A stretch of 64,000 bases of DNA from assembly GCA_963664875.1 (NCBI GenBank), contig OY761611.1:2784001-2848000 (forward strand), written 5' to 3'. A program made the translations under genes and the position numbers. Of the stretch, positions 19,393 through 30,078 are shown piece by piece. Each line of letters begins with the position of its first letter. The first letter of the stretch is position 1. The notes beneath the pieces are model-generated. The model made no database searches. It saw only the letters and a list, made by a program, of their open reading frames with translations, and was not told the origin of the DNA. This DNA is from Candidatus Kapaibacterium sp. GTDB lineage: Bacteria; Bacteroidota; Ignavibacteria; Kapaibacteriales; UBA2268.

Positions 19393-19431
19393 AAAAAACC
19401 GTAAGACATCTCAGTCTCACGGTTTTTTTTT
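19393..19431. terminator. Bidirectional terminator
   Basis: A-run/CCGT.AGAC...GTCT.ACGG/T-run. Confidence 0.7.
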
Positions 19432-19456
19432 ATATTTTCAGCAATTTACAAAGCTG

Positions 19457-19903
19457 CTATTTTACAAACACAGATTCCTGATAATATGACTTATCTCCGG
19501 CTTCCCACATTAGTTTAGCTCTCCAAGTGCCGGGTTTGAGTGTGCTTATATCAAATACCTGACTATTGGCAGGAGTTAATTTAAGCGTATAGATTTTATC
19601 AAGTTTTGAATCCGAAGGTCTATAAAAATGCAGGTCGCCTTTTATATCTTCGGACTTGAACAATGACGGTAATTTGATTAGGAATGAATTGTCCGCATAC
19701 TGCAAGATTGGTTGTTCCTGTAGCTTTTGGGTGTTTTTTATCATTTCGATTTTATCTTGATATTGCAATTCCTGCACATAGTAATCTTCAGCTACCAAGT
19801 TTATTGGGATTGTGGACGAAAATATCAGATTGCCCAACATAAAAAGCACAAAAACAACATAGAAAAGTGCTATGCCGGTTCCCCAATTCCATTTCAATTT
19901 CAT
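19457..19903 (-). CDS. FixH/CcoH-family protein
   Basis: NWGTGI, DYYVQEL.YQ, FYRPSD; directly downstream of ccoG. Confidence 0.88.
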   Translation of the reverse strand: MKLKWNWGTGIALFYVVFVLFMLGNLIFSSTIPINLVAEDYYVQELQYQDKIEMIKNTQKLQEQPILQYADNSFLIKLPSLFKSEDIKGDLHFYRPSDSKLDKIYTLKLTPANSQVFDISTLKPGTWRAKLMWEAGDKSYYQESVFVK

Positions 19904-19906
19904 ATA

Positions 19907-21358
19907 TTATCTCCCCGGAGCCTGGAAATTGGTAGAAGTGGTTTCTATCAATTTACCTTGTGAATAAATTCCGATTTCAATTTTATTTTTAGTAAAAGGT
20001 ACTTTAGATTTTTCTAATTCCACAAAGAAAGTTGCCTCAACCAGACTTTCGGGTTCCAAATCTAAAGTTGATTTGCCTATAAGTTGAATTTTGCCTTCAG
20101 GTTCTAATAACTTAATTTCAACAGGCATATTATCAAACGTTTTATTGATGATTTTAGCATTGTAGAGATTAGTAATATTTCCATTTGGAAGTTCTTGGAA
20201 CAAAGTACCTGAAGCTCTCAATATAGTAGCTTCTACATCGCTACGTGTGAGTAGCAATGTCCCGGTCAGCACCACAAGGAAAGTAAGCACCAAAGAATAT
20301 GCTATAATGCGAGGTGTCAACTTGAATTTCTGACCATTATCAATTTGATTAATTGAAGCATATTTTATAAGTTTCTTTGGTTTTTCTATTCTTTCCATCA
20401 CATCATCGCAGGCATCCATGCAGGCAGTACAATTTACACATTCGAGCTGCACTCCGTTTCTAATGTCGATACCAGTCGGGCATACTCTGACACATGAACC
20501 GCAATCTATACAGTCTCCGTTACCCTCTGCTATCTGGCCTTTTTGAAGTCTGCCTTTAGGCTCGCCTCGTTTGTAATCATAGTTTACAATGATAGAATTT
20601 TTATCCAATAGCACTGACTGTAATCTGCCGTATGGGCATACATAAGTGCAAGCCTGCTCTCTGAAGTATGAGAATATAAAATAAATTATGCCCGTAAATG
20701 CCATTATCCCAACGAAACCGCCGGGGTTGGCTGCCGGTCCTGCCTTTAAGCCTGCAATAACTTCGTCGATACCAATTAGATATGCTAATCCAAAATTTGC
20801 AATAGTGAAAGCAAGTAGTCCAAAAATAAAATATTTACTTCCTTTTTTGAATATTTTCTCTCCGGTCCATTCAGAAGAGTTTAGCTTTTTCTGAGCGTTA
20901 GCATCGCCTTCGATAAAATATTCTATTTTCCTGAATACCATCTCCATAAATACTGTCTGTGGGCAAGCCCAACCACACCAAATTCTACCAAATACAGTAG
21001 TGAACAGCACAATAAATACAATTAGTGTCAAAAAGGAAAGGGCAAATAAATAAAAATCCTGAGGCCAAAATGCCAGCCCAAATATGATAAAGTGCCTATT
21101 GAAAATATCAAGCAATAAAAATGGTTGGTCGTCAATTTTTACAAATGGCAAGCCAACAAATAGCAGCACCAAAAATGTAGCAACCCAAGCTCTTGCTTTA
21201 TGGTAGGAACCTTTTGGCTTTTTAGGATAAATCCATACTCTGTGTCCCTTCTTGTCGATATTCGAAACTCGGTCTCTATATGACTCTCCTGTTTCGGTAA
21301 TGAGTGATTCCTCTTCGTAGAGATTCTCATTTTCCATTTTTGATTGCTTGTCCGGCAT
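19907..21358 (-). CDS. ccoG: Cytochrome c oxidase accessory protein CcoG/FixG (4Fe-4S)
   Basis: GRIWCGWACPQT, CxxxCPYGRLQ, DCIDCGSCVRVCPTGIDIR, ECVNCTACMDAC; exact start uncertain. Confidence 0.95.
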   Translation of the reverse strand: MPDKQSKMENENLYEEESLITETGESYRDRVSNIDKKGHRVWIYPKKPKGSYHKARAWVATFLVLLFVGLPFVKIDDQPFLLLDIFNRHFIIFGLAFWPQDFYLFALSFLTLIVFIVLFTTVFGRIWCGWACPQTVFMEMVFRKIEYFIEGDANAQKKLNSSEWTGEKIFKKGSKYFIFGLLAFTIANFGLAYLIGIDEVIAGLKAGPAANPGGFVGIMAFTGIIYFIFSYFREQACTYVCPYGRLQSVLLDKNSIIVNYDYKRGEPKGRLQKGQIAEGNGDCIDCGSCVRVCPTGIDIRNGVQLECVNCTACMDACDDVMERIEKPKKLIKYASINQIDNGQKFKLTPRIIAYSLVLTFLVVLTGTLLLTRSDVEATILRASGTLFQELPNGNITNLYNAKIINKTFDNMPVEIKLLEPEGKIQLIGKSTLDLEPESLVEATFFVELEKSKVPFTKNKIEIGIYSQGKLIETTSTNFQAPGR

Positions 21359-21567
21359 TGTAGTTACCAATTATGTATATTGCTAAAACGTAATTTCTAA
21401 AACGGACATATTTTTAATTAATTGTTTTACTATTCACTGATTTTGCAGCATAAGAAAGCAATCTCCCATAAGCTTCGAAGTAAATCACCAATCTATGACT
21501 TTTCTTAGATTCAAATAATAAGTATATTTGCTAATATTTTTGAATCACTCTATTATAGAATAGTCAA

Positions 21568-22818
21568 ATGGCAAAAGAGAATATATTTCTGATTGATAAT
21601 ACAAACCAAAGCCACTTCGATTGGGCAACTTTTTGGATAGCGATGTCTCTTGTCGCCTATGGGCTTGTGTGTATTTACTCTGCTACGTACGATTCTTCGA
21701 TGAGTAGCTTTTTCGATAAGCAACTAATGTCTGCAGGAATTGGTTTTATTTTTATGATTGGCTTATCGTTTATTCCCGAATCATGGCTAAAAGCTTCGTC
21801 TTATATAATATTTGGGATGACTCTTGTTTTACTTGCTTTGTTGCCATTTATCGGACATGAGAGCAACGGTACAAAAGGCTGGATACGACTCGGAGGCTTC
21901 TCTTTGCAGCCATCAGAGATTGCTAAAATCAGTCTTATTTTGGTATTGGCACGCCACTTGTCTCTCAAGGGAACAGATATTCAGTCCTTCAGAGATTTGG
22001 GCGTCACTGCCTTACTTTCGCTGATTCCGGTTGCGATGATTGTAGCACAGCCCGATTTCGGTTCTGCAACTGTTTTGATAGTTTTGTTTGTCGGGGTAGT
22101 ATTTTGGGCAGGGTTCGATTCATTTATACTCTATTTTTTCTTCTGCCTTCCATTTATTATGGTCATGTCTTGGATTTCTCCTATTGTTTATTATATCGGC
22201 ACAAGTATTATGTCTGCCGGAGTATTGTTTTTCAGAAGAAAGATATATTTTTCGATTATTGCAATTGCTGTATTTTTTGCAGTTGGTTTTTACGGGCAAC
22301 ACTTTTATGAAGTGCTCGAACCACATCAGAAAAAAAGGATTGATACCTTTATCAAAGCTGACGCAGACCCTCGCGGTGCCGGCTATAATGTACTCCAATC
22401 GATATTGGCAGTAGGTAGTGGCGGGCTGACAGGTAAAGGTTATCTGCAGGGAACACAAACTCAGTTAAGATACATACCTATGCAATGGACTGACTTCATT
22501 TTTTCTGTGCCTAATGAAGAGTTTGGCTTTATCGGAGGAGCACTTGCGATATTGCTGCATGTAGCTTTGATTTTAAGAGCAATAAAAATAGCTTACGACA
22601 CCGACAGCAAATTTTATTCTGTCATGTGTATCGGCATAGCAACTGTCCTGTTTTATCATATAACTATCAATATCGGAATGGCTATAGGTATAATGCCTGT
22701 TATGGGCATCCCTCTGCCGTTTATGAGCCAGGGTGGTACTGCTTTGATAATAAATATGGCGATGGTAGGGCTATTGCTCAATGCTCATAGATATTACAAA
22801 TTGAAACGCGTCGTATAA
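21568..22818 (+). CDS. rodA: Rod shape-determining protein RodA (SEDS family)
   Basis: QPSEIAK, QPDFGSA, GYNVLQS, TDFIF, GIPLPFMS. Confidence 0.93.
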   Translation: MAKENIFLIDNTNQSHFDWATFWIAMSLVAYGLVCIYSATYDSSMSSFFDKQLMSAGIGFIFMIGLSFIPESWLKASSYIIFGMTLVLLALLPFIGHESNGTKGWIRLGGFSLQPSEIAKISLILVLARHLSLKGTDIQSFRDLGVTALLSLIPVAMIVAQPDFGSATVLIVLFVGVVFWAGFDSFILYFFFCLPFIMVMSWISPIVYYIGTSIMSAGVLFFRRKIYFSIIAIAVFFAVGFYGQHFYEVLEPHQKKRIDTFIKADADPRGAGYNVLQSILAVGSGGLTGKGYLQGTQTQLRYIPMQWTDFIFSVPNEEFGFIGGALAILLHVALILRAIKIAYDTDSKFYSVMCIGIATVLFYHITINIGMAIGIMPVMGIPLPFMSQGGTALIINMAMVGLLLNAHRYYKLKRVV

Positions 22819-22843
22819 CTTATTACTTTTCAAATCGGAATTT

Positions 22844-23845
22844 ATGAGAACTGTAATGAAACTTGCTGTATCACTTGGCGACCCCAATGGCATCGGAATA
22901 GAAATATTTATAAAAGCAGTAGAGGCATTGGGCAGGGATTTACTGACAAAGATAGATTTCTATCTTGCCGGTAATCTTACCACAATTTCTGATTATATCT
23001 ACAAAATGGGGTATAAGCTCAAGTTTGACAAACAGGGCTTTTATATCAATGATAAGTACATAAAAGTAATTGATATAGCTGCTGCATCTCCGATTGAATT
23101 TGGTAAGATTAGTCTTTCAGCCGGTAAACTTTCAGCAGCAGCAGTTGAGTACGCTCTTGAACATACAATCAATAAAACGTATGACGCTATGCTGACTTTG
23201 CCGGTCTCTAAAGAAAGCCTTTACAAAGCAGGTTGGAAATATCCGGGACATACAGAAATGCTTGCCGCGGGTTGCAATACGGATAAGCCTCTAATGATAC
23301 TTTGCACTAGAGAAATGCGTGTAGCATTGGCTACCGTGCATATTCCTATTACCGAAGTATCTCAATCTCTCAGCATAGAAAATATCGTGGAGCTTAGTGT
23401 CATTTTCAATAAGGCTTTAAAGCTGGATTACGGCATAGATAAACCAAAAGTTGCCTTGCTCGGACTGAATCCGCATGCAGGAGAAAACGGCAATATCGGC
23501 AAAGAAGAAATAGATATAATAATTCCGGCTATAGAAATTCTAAAACAAAAGGATATAATTGTCGAAGGGCCTTTCCCGTCAGATGGTTTCTTTGCACACG
23601 GAGCTTATCGAGATTTCGACGGAATACTTGCAATGTACCACGATCAAGGGCTAATACCTCTCAAAATGTCAGCTCAGGGTGCCGGAGTAAATGTAACTGC
23701 AGGTTTGCCGATTATTCGAACTTCTCCGGATCATGGCACTGCTTTTGCGATTGCAGGTAAAAATATTGCTGACCACAGAAGCACCCTCGAAGCGATAGAA
23801 ATGGCTTACGAATTTGTACAAAACAGAAGAAGGATTTTTGACTAA
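22844..23845 (+). CDS. pdxA: 4-hydroxythreonine-4-phosphate dehydrogenase
   Basis: GDPNGIG, GHTE, LNPHAGE, MYHDQG, RTSPDHGTA. Confidence 0.96.
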   Translation: MRTVMKLAVSLGDPNGIGIEIFIKAVEALGRDLLTKIDFYLAGNLTTISDYIYKMGYKLKFDKQGFYINDKYIKVIDIAAASPIEFGKISLSAGKLSAAAVEYALEHTINKTYDAMLTLPVSKESLYKAGWKYPGHTEMLAAGCNTDKPLMILCTREMRVALATVHIPITEVSQSLSIENIVELSVIFNKALKLDYGIDKPKVALLGLNPHAGENGNIGKEEIDIIIPAIEILKQKDIIVEGPFPSDGFFAHGAYRDFDGILAMYHDQGLIPLKMSAQGAGVNVTAGLPIIRTSPDHGTAFAIAGKNIADHRSTLEAIEMAYEFVQNRRRIFD

Positions 23846-24327
23846 TGGCTAAAGATAAATTTCCTGTTACGCCTGCTATAAGGCTACTGAAGCAAAAGAA
23901 AGCTGATTTTACAGAATTTATATACGAGTATGAAGAAAAGGGTGGTACTGCTCAAACGGCAACCGAGCTTTCAGTGGAGGAGCATTCGGTAATAAAAACT
24001 TTGGTGATAGATTGTGGGGAAAAAGACCCTGTCATCATTCTGATGCACGGAGACAAAGAAGTCTCTATGAAAAATCTTGCAAGGCAGCTTGCTGTCAAAA
24101 CAGCACAGCCGGCGACATCTGATATGGCAAGCAAAGCAACAGGGTATCAGTTCGGTGGTACAAGCCCGTTTGGCACAAAAAAATCTTTACAGATAGCTGC
24201 AGAAAAAAGTATTTTTGATTTAGATAGTATCTATATAAATGGTGGCAAACAGGGATTTATTCTTAAAATGAAACCTCAGGTCTTGAAAGATATTTTCCCA
24301 ATCACAGAAGTAGAAGTTGCAATCTAA
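23845..24327 (+). CDS. ybaK: YbaK/EbsC aminoacyl-tRNA deacylase
   Basis: TPAIRLL, IKTLV, TGYQFGGTSPFG, YINGG. Confidence 0.9.
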   Translation: MAKDKFPVTPAIRLLKQKKADFTEFIYEYEEKGGTAQTATELSVEEHSVIKTLVIDCGEKDPVIILMHGDKEVSMKNLARQLAVKTAQPATSDMASKATGYQFGGTSPFGTKKSLQIAAEKSIFDLDSIYINGGKQGFILKMKPQVLKDIFPITEVEVAI

Positions 24328-24394
24328 TCTGCGGATTAATCAAGTCTATTCTCCGCAGTGCAAATACTAGTAAAAACACTTTTTTACCCGGAAT

Positions 24395-24444
24395 ATTTAA
24401 CACAAAAGCCTCTGCAAACGAATGCAGAGGCTTTTGTGTTAAAT
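24395..24444. terminator. Perfect 22-bp inverted repeat / bidirectional terminator
   Basis: ATTTAACACAAAAGCCTCTGCA-N6-TGCAGAGGCTTTTGTGTTAAAT. Confidence 0.8.
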
Positions 24445-24466
24445 TCAAAGAAAATAGCTTGAAATA

Positions 24467-25003
24467 TTAGAAGCCCATTTTCTTAGATTCGAAAGTATAA
24501 GGGATTGTAATTACATCTTCTGCATTGTTTTTATTAGTCAAAATCAGATTACCGGTGATTTTACCAACATTGTTGTTGATATAATAATGCACAGATAAGT
24601 GATTTTCGTGAGTTTCAGCTTTTCCTGCCAAAGTGATATTTTTCATAGTGTAAGCATGTTTGCCTACAGTACTGAATTGAGAAAGGCATTGAGCTAAAGT
24701 GCCGTCACCAAGACATGCACCGATAGAAACATTTTCACCTTCTATAGAAGTGATTTCAATTTCCATCTTGATTTCAACAGTTGCATCGCCTGTATTTTTT
24801 ATAGTAGGATAGACTGCTATTTCTGAGTTGTCGCTACCTTGTACCATTAGTTTAGATTCGTTTATAGAAGCATCAGAGATCAACTCCAAAACTTTTACTT
24901 TAGGAGTAGGAGTTACCGGATTATCATCTTTATCGTCATCAGAGCATGATGTAAAGATAAAAACGAGAGCAAGGAAGGGCAATAGAGCCAATAGTTTTTT
25001 CAT
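24467..25003 (-). CDS. Hypothetical lipoprotein (probable Ig-like beta-sandwich)
   Basis: MKKLLALL...FTSC lipobox followed by acidic SDDDKDD; beta-rich body. Confidence 0.75.
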   Translation of the reverse strand: MKKLLALLPFLALVFIFTSCSDDDKDDNPVTPTPKVKVLELISDASINESKLMVQGSDNSEIAVYPTIKNTGDATVEIKMEIEITSIEGENVSIGACLGDGTLAQCLSQFSTVGKHAYTMKNITLAGKAETHENHLSVHYYINNNVGKITGNLILTNKNNAEDVITIPYTFESKKMGF

Positions 25004-25143
25004 AGCAAAAAACCTTTGTGTATAATAGAACAATTTTCTTAATTTAGCGTAAAGTTATAATATATAGACAAGATATGCAAAGAATAAGTTACAAGAAAAT
25101 TTGAGAATTTGCTATATTAACAAAATAAAACGGGGTATTCACC

Positions 25144-25653
25144 ATGAAAAAGCTTCTAATCATTCTACCGGTTCTGCTTCTTGCTTTTGTTTTCCAAACT
25201 GTAAGCACTGCGAAAGATGCTAATAAAGTGCCTTCAGTAAAAGTTAAAGATATCAAAGGTAACGAAATAGATACTAAAGACTTGTCTAACGGCGGAAAAC
25301 CGTTTGTGATAAATTTTTGGGCTACTTGGTGCAAGCCTTGTATCCTTGAGCTAAATAATATTGCGGAAGTTTATCCTGATTGGGTAGAAGAAACCGGTAT
25401 CAAAATTTATGCTGTATCTATTGATGACTCACGAAACAGTCGTCGTGTTGCTCCTTTTGTAAAAGGTCGTGGTTGGAAATACGAAGTACTTTTAGATGAA
25501 AATAAAGATTTTTCAAGAAAAATGAACGTAAACAATCCTCCTCACACTTTCCTTTGTAACGGTAAAGGCGAAATAGTTTGGCAGCATAACGGTTATGCAC
25601 CGGGAGATGAAGAAGAATTGCTTGCTGAAATCAAAAAGCTTCTCAAAAAATAA
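25144..25653 (+). CDS. TlpA-family thiol:disulfide oxidoreductase
   Basis: INFWATWCKPC, signal peptide. Confidence 0.92.
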   Translation: MKKLLIILPVLLLAFVFQTVSTAKDANKVPSVKVKDIKGNEIDTKDLSNGGKPFVINFWATWCKPCILELNNIAEVYPDWVEETGIKIYAVSIDDSRNSRRVAPFVKGRGWKYEVLLDENKDFSRKMNVNNPPHTFLCNGKGEIVWQHNGYAPGDEEELLAEIKKLLKK

Positions 25654-25680
25654 TTAGCATAAATAAATTGCTGAATAATT

Positions 25681-25715
25681 GAAGAGATGGTCAGTTTTGG
25701 CTGTCTCTTTTTTTT
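25681..25715 (+). terminator. Intrinsic terminator
   Basis: AAGAGATGG...CTGTCTCTT plus T-run. Confidence 0.65.
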
Positions 25716-25920
25716 GTATCCAAAGGCTTGCATAATCCTTTGTCAAGAAAAAAATATTGACATAATGAGATTTCCTAATCACATTTGTTGATTTACTCGA
25801 AAAATATCGGATAATAGCAAAATTCGGAGATAAATAAGTCGAACATTGAAATAATATCTTTGATATTAAATGAATTATATTATATTTGTTTCGTCTATTA
25901 TATTTTGACGTGCAGATACT

Positions 25921-27810
25921 ATGAGCAAAAAATCCAGATACTACTTCCTTCTGATTCTAATTACTTTGGTTTCTAATTCGTGCTTTTATAAAGTCACTGA
26001 GCCAAAGAAATTGGAATGTGTTGTCGAAAGGCAAGAATGCTATCCTCAGAGATGGACAGGCACTCCCGAAGATACTTCGCGAACTGTTTCGGAAAACAAA
26101 CCGTACTACATAATTATTTCGGAAGTAGAAGGCTTAAACACAGGTGCTCAGGAATACGGAATTGCACATATAGCAGATAACGATTTTATATTGCAAAGTT
26201 CTGACTTGCAATCCACTCTTAATTTTTGCAATGCTGTAACTTCTGATAACTTTGTGGCAGGCGAACTGTATGACGAAATTAAGCAGATGAGAGCCGGAGC
26301 TGTTTCCGTGAGAGGGAAAAAATTAGTCTTCGCCCAGGCAGAAAATGCAAAAATTGGTGGCTCTTTCAAAATCAACAACTACAAAGAAAGTATTGGCAAT
26401 TCCAGATTGTACGAAGCTGAGATTGATTATAAAGATATCAGTAATATAAAAAAAATTGACTTTAACTTTAACGATACAAACCGAGCATGGCTTTCTCAGC
26501 CTGCTTTAAGTCCTTCGGGGGATGTGCTTTTCCTTGTTACTAATCAGGACATGCAACTGAAAGGGACAGATATATACTTTTCCGTACTAAAATCCGGGAA
26601 ATGGTCAGAGCCTATTAACTGTGGCGATGTAATCAATACTGACTGTGATGAACTTACACCTTTTGTATCACATGATGGGAAATATCTGTATTTTTCGAGT
26701 AACGGTCGCGACAATATCGGTGGCTATGATATTTTTAGGATTTCACTTCCTGATGGCTTTTTTGATAAACTGAAATCCAATTATCAAGGTGCACTAAGCT
26801 CCTTAACCGAAGCTGAAAATCTTGGCTCCCCTGTCAATACTTCATACGACGAGTTTTTCCCTTCATCACCTGCAAATCCTGATTCTATTCTTTACTTTAG
26901 TTCAGACAGAAACGGTGCTGCAATTAGTTCTGTTAGTCTAAAAGGCGGATTTGATATTTTTGTCAGAAGGATAGTTTATCCTGATAACTATGAGTATGCA
27001 AAAAGAGAGAGGAAGGAGCAATACATTAATGTTTCGCAAAATCGGGAAGAATTGAAAATAGAAGAGCCCGCTTTTGATGTACCTAAAGAAAAGCTGAAGC
27101 AGCAATCGCCGAGAAAGAAAATTCCCGTTGTGGATTTCACACTCTATAAACTAAAAGGCAAAGTACGCAGTACTAAAGACAATTCGCCGATAGTTGGTGC
27201 TTCTGTTATAGCAACGGATGTAGTCAAAGATGAAATTTTTGCAGACACAAAAACTGACACGAGTGGAAGCTACGAACTTTTGCTTGAGCAAAATAAAGAA
27301 TACAAAATAACAGCTCACGGTGAAGAAGATTTTTACGATTCATATAATCTAAAAGTCGATTCCGGAGACACAAGAAAGGAAATTATTAAAGATTTTAGAG
27401 TTGAAAAGAAACAGATTATTCGTATCAATTTCCCTTATGATATGTGGGATAATCCTTATGATATGACTCTTGACAGCCTTGGCAATGAGACAGGAAGAAC
27501 ATGGCAGGAAGAATTGAAAATGCTTGCTGATAATATACTAAACAGCATAGAAAGTATTGACTATATAGTACTTACAGGACATACGGACTTTATAGCTTCT
27601 GACAGTTATAATATTAAATTAGGTAAAAAAAGAGTAGATTTTGTAATTTCGGAATTGGTGAAACTCGGTGTGCCCGAAAACATTTTAAAATCTGTTTCAA
27701 AGGGTAAAAAGGAGTTGTTGCCGAAACATAAGGATGAGGAAGACGAGCAGTACAGAAAAAGACTGCGTCGTGTAACTGTTGAAAAAATAATGAAGAGACA
27801 AAAAAGATAA
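25921..27810 (+). CDS. OmpA-family lipoprotein with PD40 repeats and carboxypeptidase-regulatory-like domain (PorE-like architecture)
   Basis: Lipobox SNSC; WSEPINCG..INT...E.TPF, LYFSS..R...GG.DI repeats; GHTD...YN..LG..R and RRV OmpA motifs. Confidence 0.85.
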   Translation: MSKKSRYYFLLILITLVSNSCFYKVTEPKKLECVVERQECYPQRWTGTPEDTSRTVSENKPYYIIISEVEGLNTGAQEYGIAHIADNDFILQSSDLQSTLNFCNAVTSDNFVAGELYDEIKQMRAGAVSVRGKKLVFAQAENAKIGGSFKINNYKESIGNSRLYEAEIDYKDISNIKKIDFNFNDTNRAWLSQPALSPSGDVLFLVTNQDMQLKGTDIYFSVLKSGKWSEPINCGDVINTDCDELTPFVSHDGKYLYFSSNGRDNIGGYDIFRISLPDGFFDKLKSNYQGALSSLTEAENLGSPVNTSYDEFFPSSPANPDSILYFSSDRNGAAISSVSLKGGFDIFVRRIVYPDNYEYAKRERKEQYINVSQNREELKIEEPAFDVPKEKLKQQSPRKKIPVVDFTLYKLKGKVRSTKDNSPIVGASVIATDVVKDEIFADTKTDTSGSYELLLEQNKEYKITAHGEEDFYDSYNLKVDSGDTRKEIIKDFRVEKKQIIRINFPYDMWDNPYDMTLDSLGNETGRTWQEELKMLADNILNSIESIDYIVLTGHTDFIASDSYNIKLGKKRVDFVISELVKLGVPENILKSVSKGKKELLPKHKDEEDEQYRKRLRRVTVEKIMKRQKR

Positions 27811-30077
27811 TGACTCCCAAAAAATTATTCATTGCACTAATTAGTGTTTCCTTATTGGCAGTTGTAGGCATTTACGCTTTTGTAAGCTATGTAACAAGTG
27901 AAGGTATTCCATCTATCACTCAGTTAGAAAATCCAGATCAAGCCTTAGCTACAAGGGTGCTGAGCAAAGACGGGGTTGTATTGGATTATTATTACAAGCA
28001 AAGACGTGTAATGCTTCCTTACGACAGTATCCCTGTTGATTTTATTAATGCACTCGTTGCTACTGAAGATAAGGACTTCTTTAGCCATTGGGGGGTGCAT
28101 ACGGAGAGGGTTTTCAAAGCTGCTATTAAAAATATTTTTATGGGTAGAAGAGAAGGTGCATCCACAATAACTCAACAATTAGCAAGGAACCTTTTCCTAA
28201 CGCCTGAGCGTTCCATGAAAAGGAAGCTCCGAGAAGCAAAAGTTGCTGTAATGCTGGAAGAAACTTATACTAAAAAAGAAATTCTGCAGATGTATGCCAA
28301 TACTGTCTATTTTGGTAGAGGTGCGTATGGTATCGAAACAGCTGCACAATTGTATTTCTCAAAAGATCCTCTTGAATTGGAGCTACATGAGTGTGCTTTC
28401 CTTGCAGGTCTTCTAAAAGGTCCGGAAGAATACAACGGACGCAGAGACAAAGAAAAAGCTAAACGAAGAAGAAACACAGTATTGCTTCTAATGCTTGAAA
28501 ATGGTTATATCAGTGAAGCTACTTTCGAGGAAACAAAGGTGCTGCCTATTACTGCCACAGCAGATCGCAGTGCAAAAGGGGTTGTTACTACAAACTCAGG
28601 TAGCTACTTCGCACCGCATTTTGTAGAAATGGTTCGTCTAAATTATGCAAAAATGGAAGACTTGTCTAAATATGACCTATACACATCAGGTCTTACAATA
28701 CATACTACAATTGACTCGAGAGTGCAAAATTACCTCAACGAAGCTATAAACGAACATCTTTCTGATTTTCAAAAACAGTTTGACCAAAAATGGAATTGGG
28801 GCAGAAATACTAAACTTCTGAATGATTTGATTGCGGAAGCTATCAAGGATCATCCTGATTATAAAGATGCCACTTCGAAAGAAGAAAAAATCAGAATTTC
28901 AAAAAAACTCAGGAATAATAAAAGATTTTTGGATTCTTTGAAAAACTCGGCGACTACTATACAAGCCGGAGCTGTAGTGATTGATCCTTTTACAGGAGAA
29001 ATACTTGCGATGGTTGGGGCATCTCCTAAGTTTATGAGTGAAAATCCGGACGCTTTACATTCGCTTAATCATACCACTCAAATAGCAAGGCAGCCCGGTT
29101 CTTCCTTCAAGCCTTTTGTGTACGCACTTGCCCTCGAATTAGGTATGACTCCATACGATTCTATTCCATGTGGACCTTATACTTATATAACAGAATCCGG
29201 AGATGCATGGTCTCCTTCGGGTACGGGTGACTGTGGTCCTTCTGAAAAAGTTTCATTGCAGGAAGGCTTGAGACGATCTATCAATACTGTAGCCGCTCGG
29301 TTGATTACTCAATATGTATCTCCTGACGCAGTAGTAGATTTGGCTCAGCGTGCCGGAATTAAATCTAAATTGATGCCTGTTCCTGCGATAGCACTTGGAG
29401 CCGGAGAAGATGTGAAGCCGATCGAACTTGCCTCATCTTATGGAATATTCCCTTATGGTGGCTACCATGTAGAACCATATTCTGTATTTATGATAGAAGA
29501 TAAATATGGCAACATTCTACATGAGCAACGAAGTACTGGCAAAATAACTGATGCACTCGATAAAAATATTGCTGTGCAGATGGCTTATATGATGCAGGCT
29601 GTTGTAGATGGTGGTACGGCTTACAGAATCAGAGAACACTTTAAAGGGGTAGATGCTGCCGGCAAAACAGGTACTACTAACGATGCTGCTGATGCATGGT
29701 TCACAGGCTATACTCCGCAACTTGTTGCAGGCATTTGGGTAGGTTTTGACGACAGACGGATAACATTTGACTGCATAGGTTCAGCCGGCTACGGCGGAAG
29801 AGCAGCGGCTCCGATATGGGGCAGGCTTATGAATAAGATTTACAGCGATAAATCGTTACCATATAAAAAGAAAAAATTTGATTTTTATCAAACTGATTCG
29901 ACCGGTGCGTTTAGTATCCAAAAGTATTACACAAGGACACAGAAAGAAACCGGAAAACCTGAACCGAAAATGTCTAATCATTCCCAGACGAATCGTGATT
30001 CGTCAGGAAGAAACGGGACAAATGGGAATAATATAGATTCAGTAGCGTATCGCGAAACATTTTTGAGAGAAGACTAA
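27810..30077 (+). CDS. Penicillin-binding protein 1A
   Basis: ATEDKDFFSH, GASTITQQLA, RKLRE; transpeptidase SSFK, SIN, KTGT. Confidence 0.95.
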   Translation: MTPKKLFIALISVSLLAVVGIYAFVSYVTSEGIPSITQLENPDQALATRVLSKDGVVLDYYYKQRRVMLPYDSIPVDFINALVATEDKDFFSHWGVHTERVFKAAIKNIFMGRREGASTITQQLARNLFLTPERSMKRKLREAKVAVMLEETYTKKEILQMYANTVYFGRGAYGIETAAQLYFSKDPLELELHECAFLAGLLKGPEEYNGRRDKEKAKRRRNTVLLLMLENGYISEATFEETKVLPITATADRSAKGVVTTNSGSYFAPHFVEMVRLNYAKMEDLSKYDLYTSGLTIHTTIDSRVQNYLNEAINEHLSDFQKQFDQKWNWGRNTKLLNDLIAEAIKDHPDYKDATSKEEKIRISKKLRNNKRFLDSLKNSATTIQAGAVVIDPFTGEILAMVGASPKFMSENPDALHSLNHTTQIARQPGSSFKPFVYALALELGMTPYDSIPCGPYTYITESGDAWSPSGTGDCGPSEKVSLQEGLRRSINTVAARLITQYVSPDAVVDLAQRAGIKSKLMPVPAIALGAGEDVKPIELASSYGIFPYGGYHVEPYSVFMIEDKYGNILHEQRSTGKITDALDKNIAVQMAYMMQAVVDGGTAYRIREHFKGVDAAGKTGTTNDAADAWFTGYTPQLVAGIWVGFDDRRITFDCIGSAGYGGRAAAPIWGRLMNKIYSDKSLPYKKKKFDFYQTDSTGAFSIQKYYTRTQKETGKPEPKMSNHSQTNRDSSGRNGTNGNNIDSVAYRETFLRED

Positions 30078-30078
30078 T

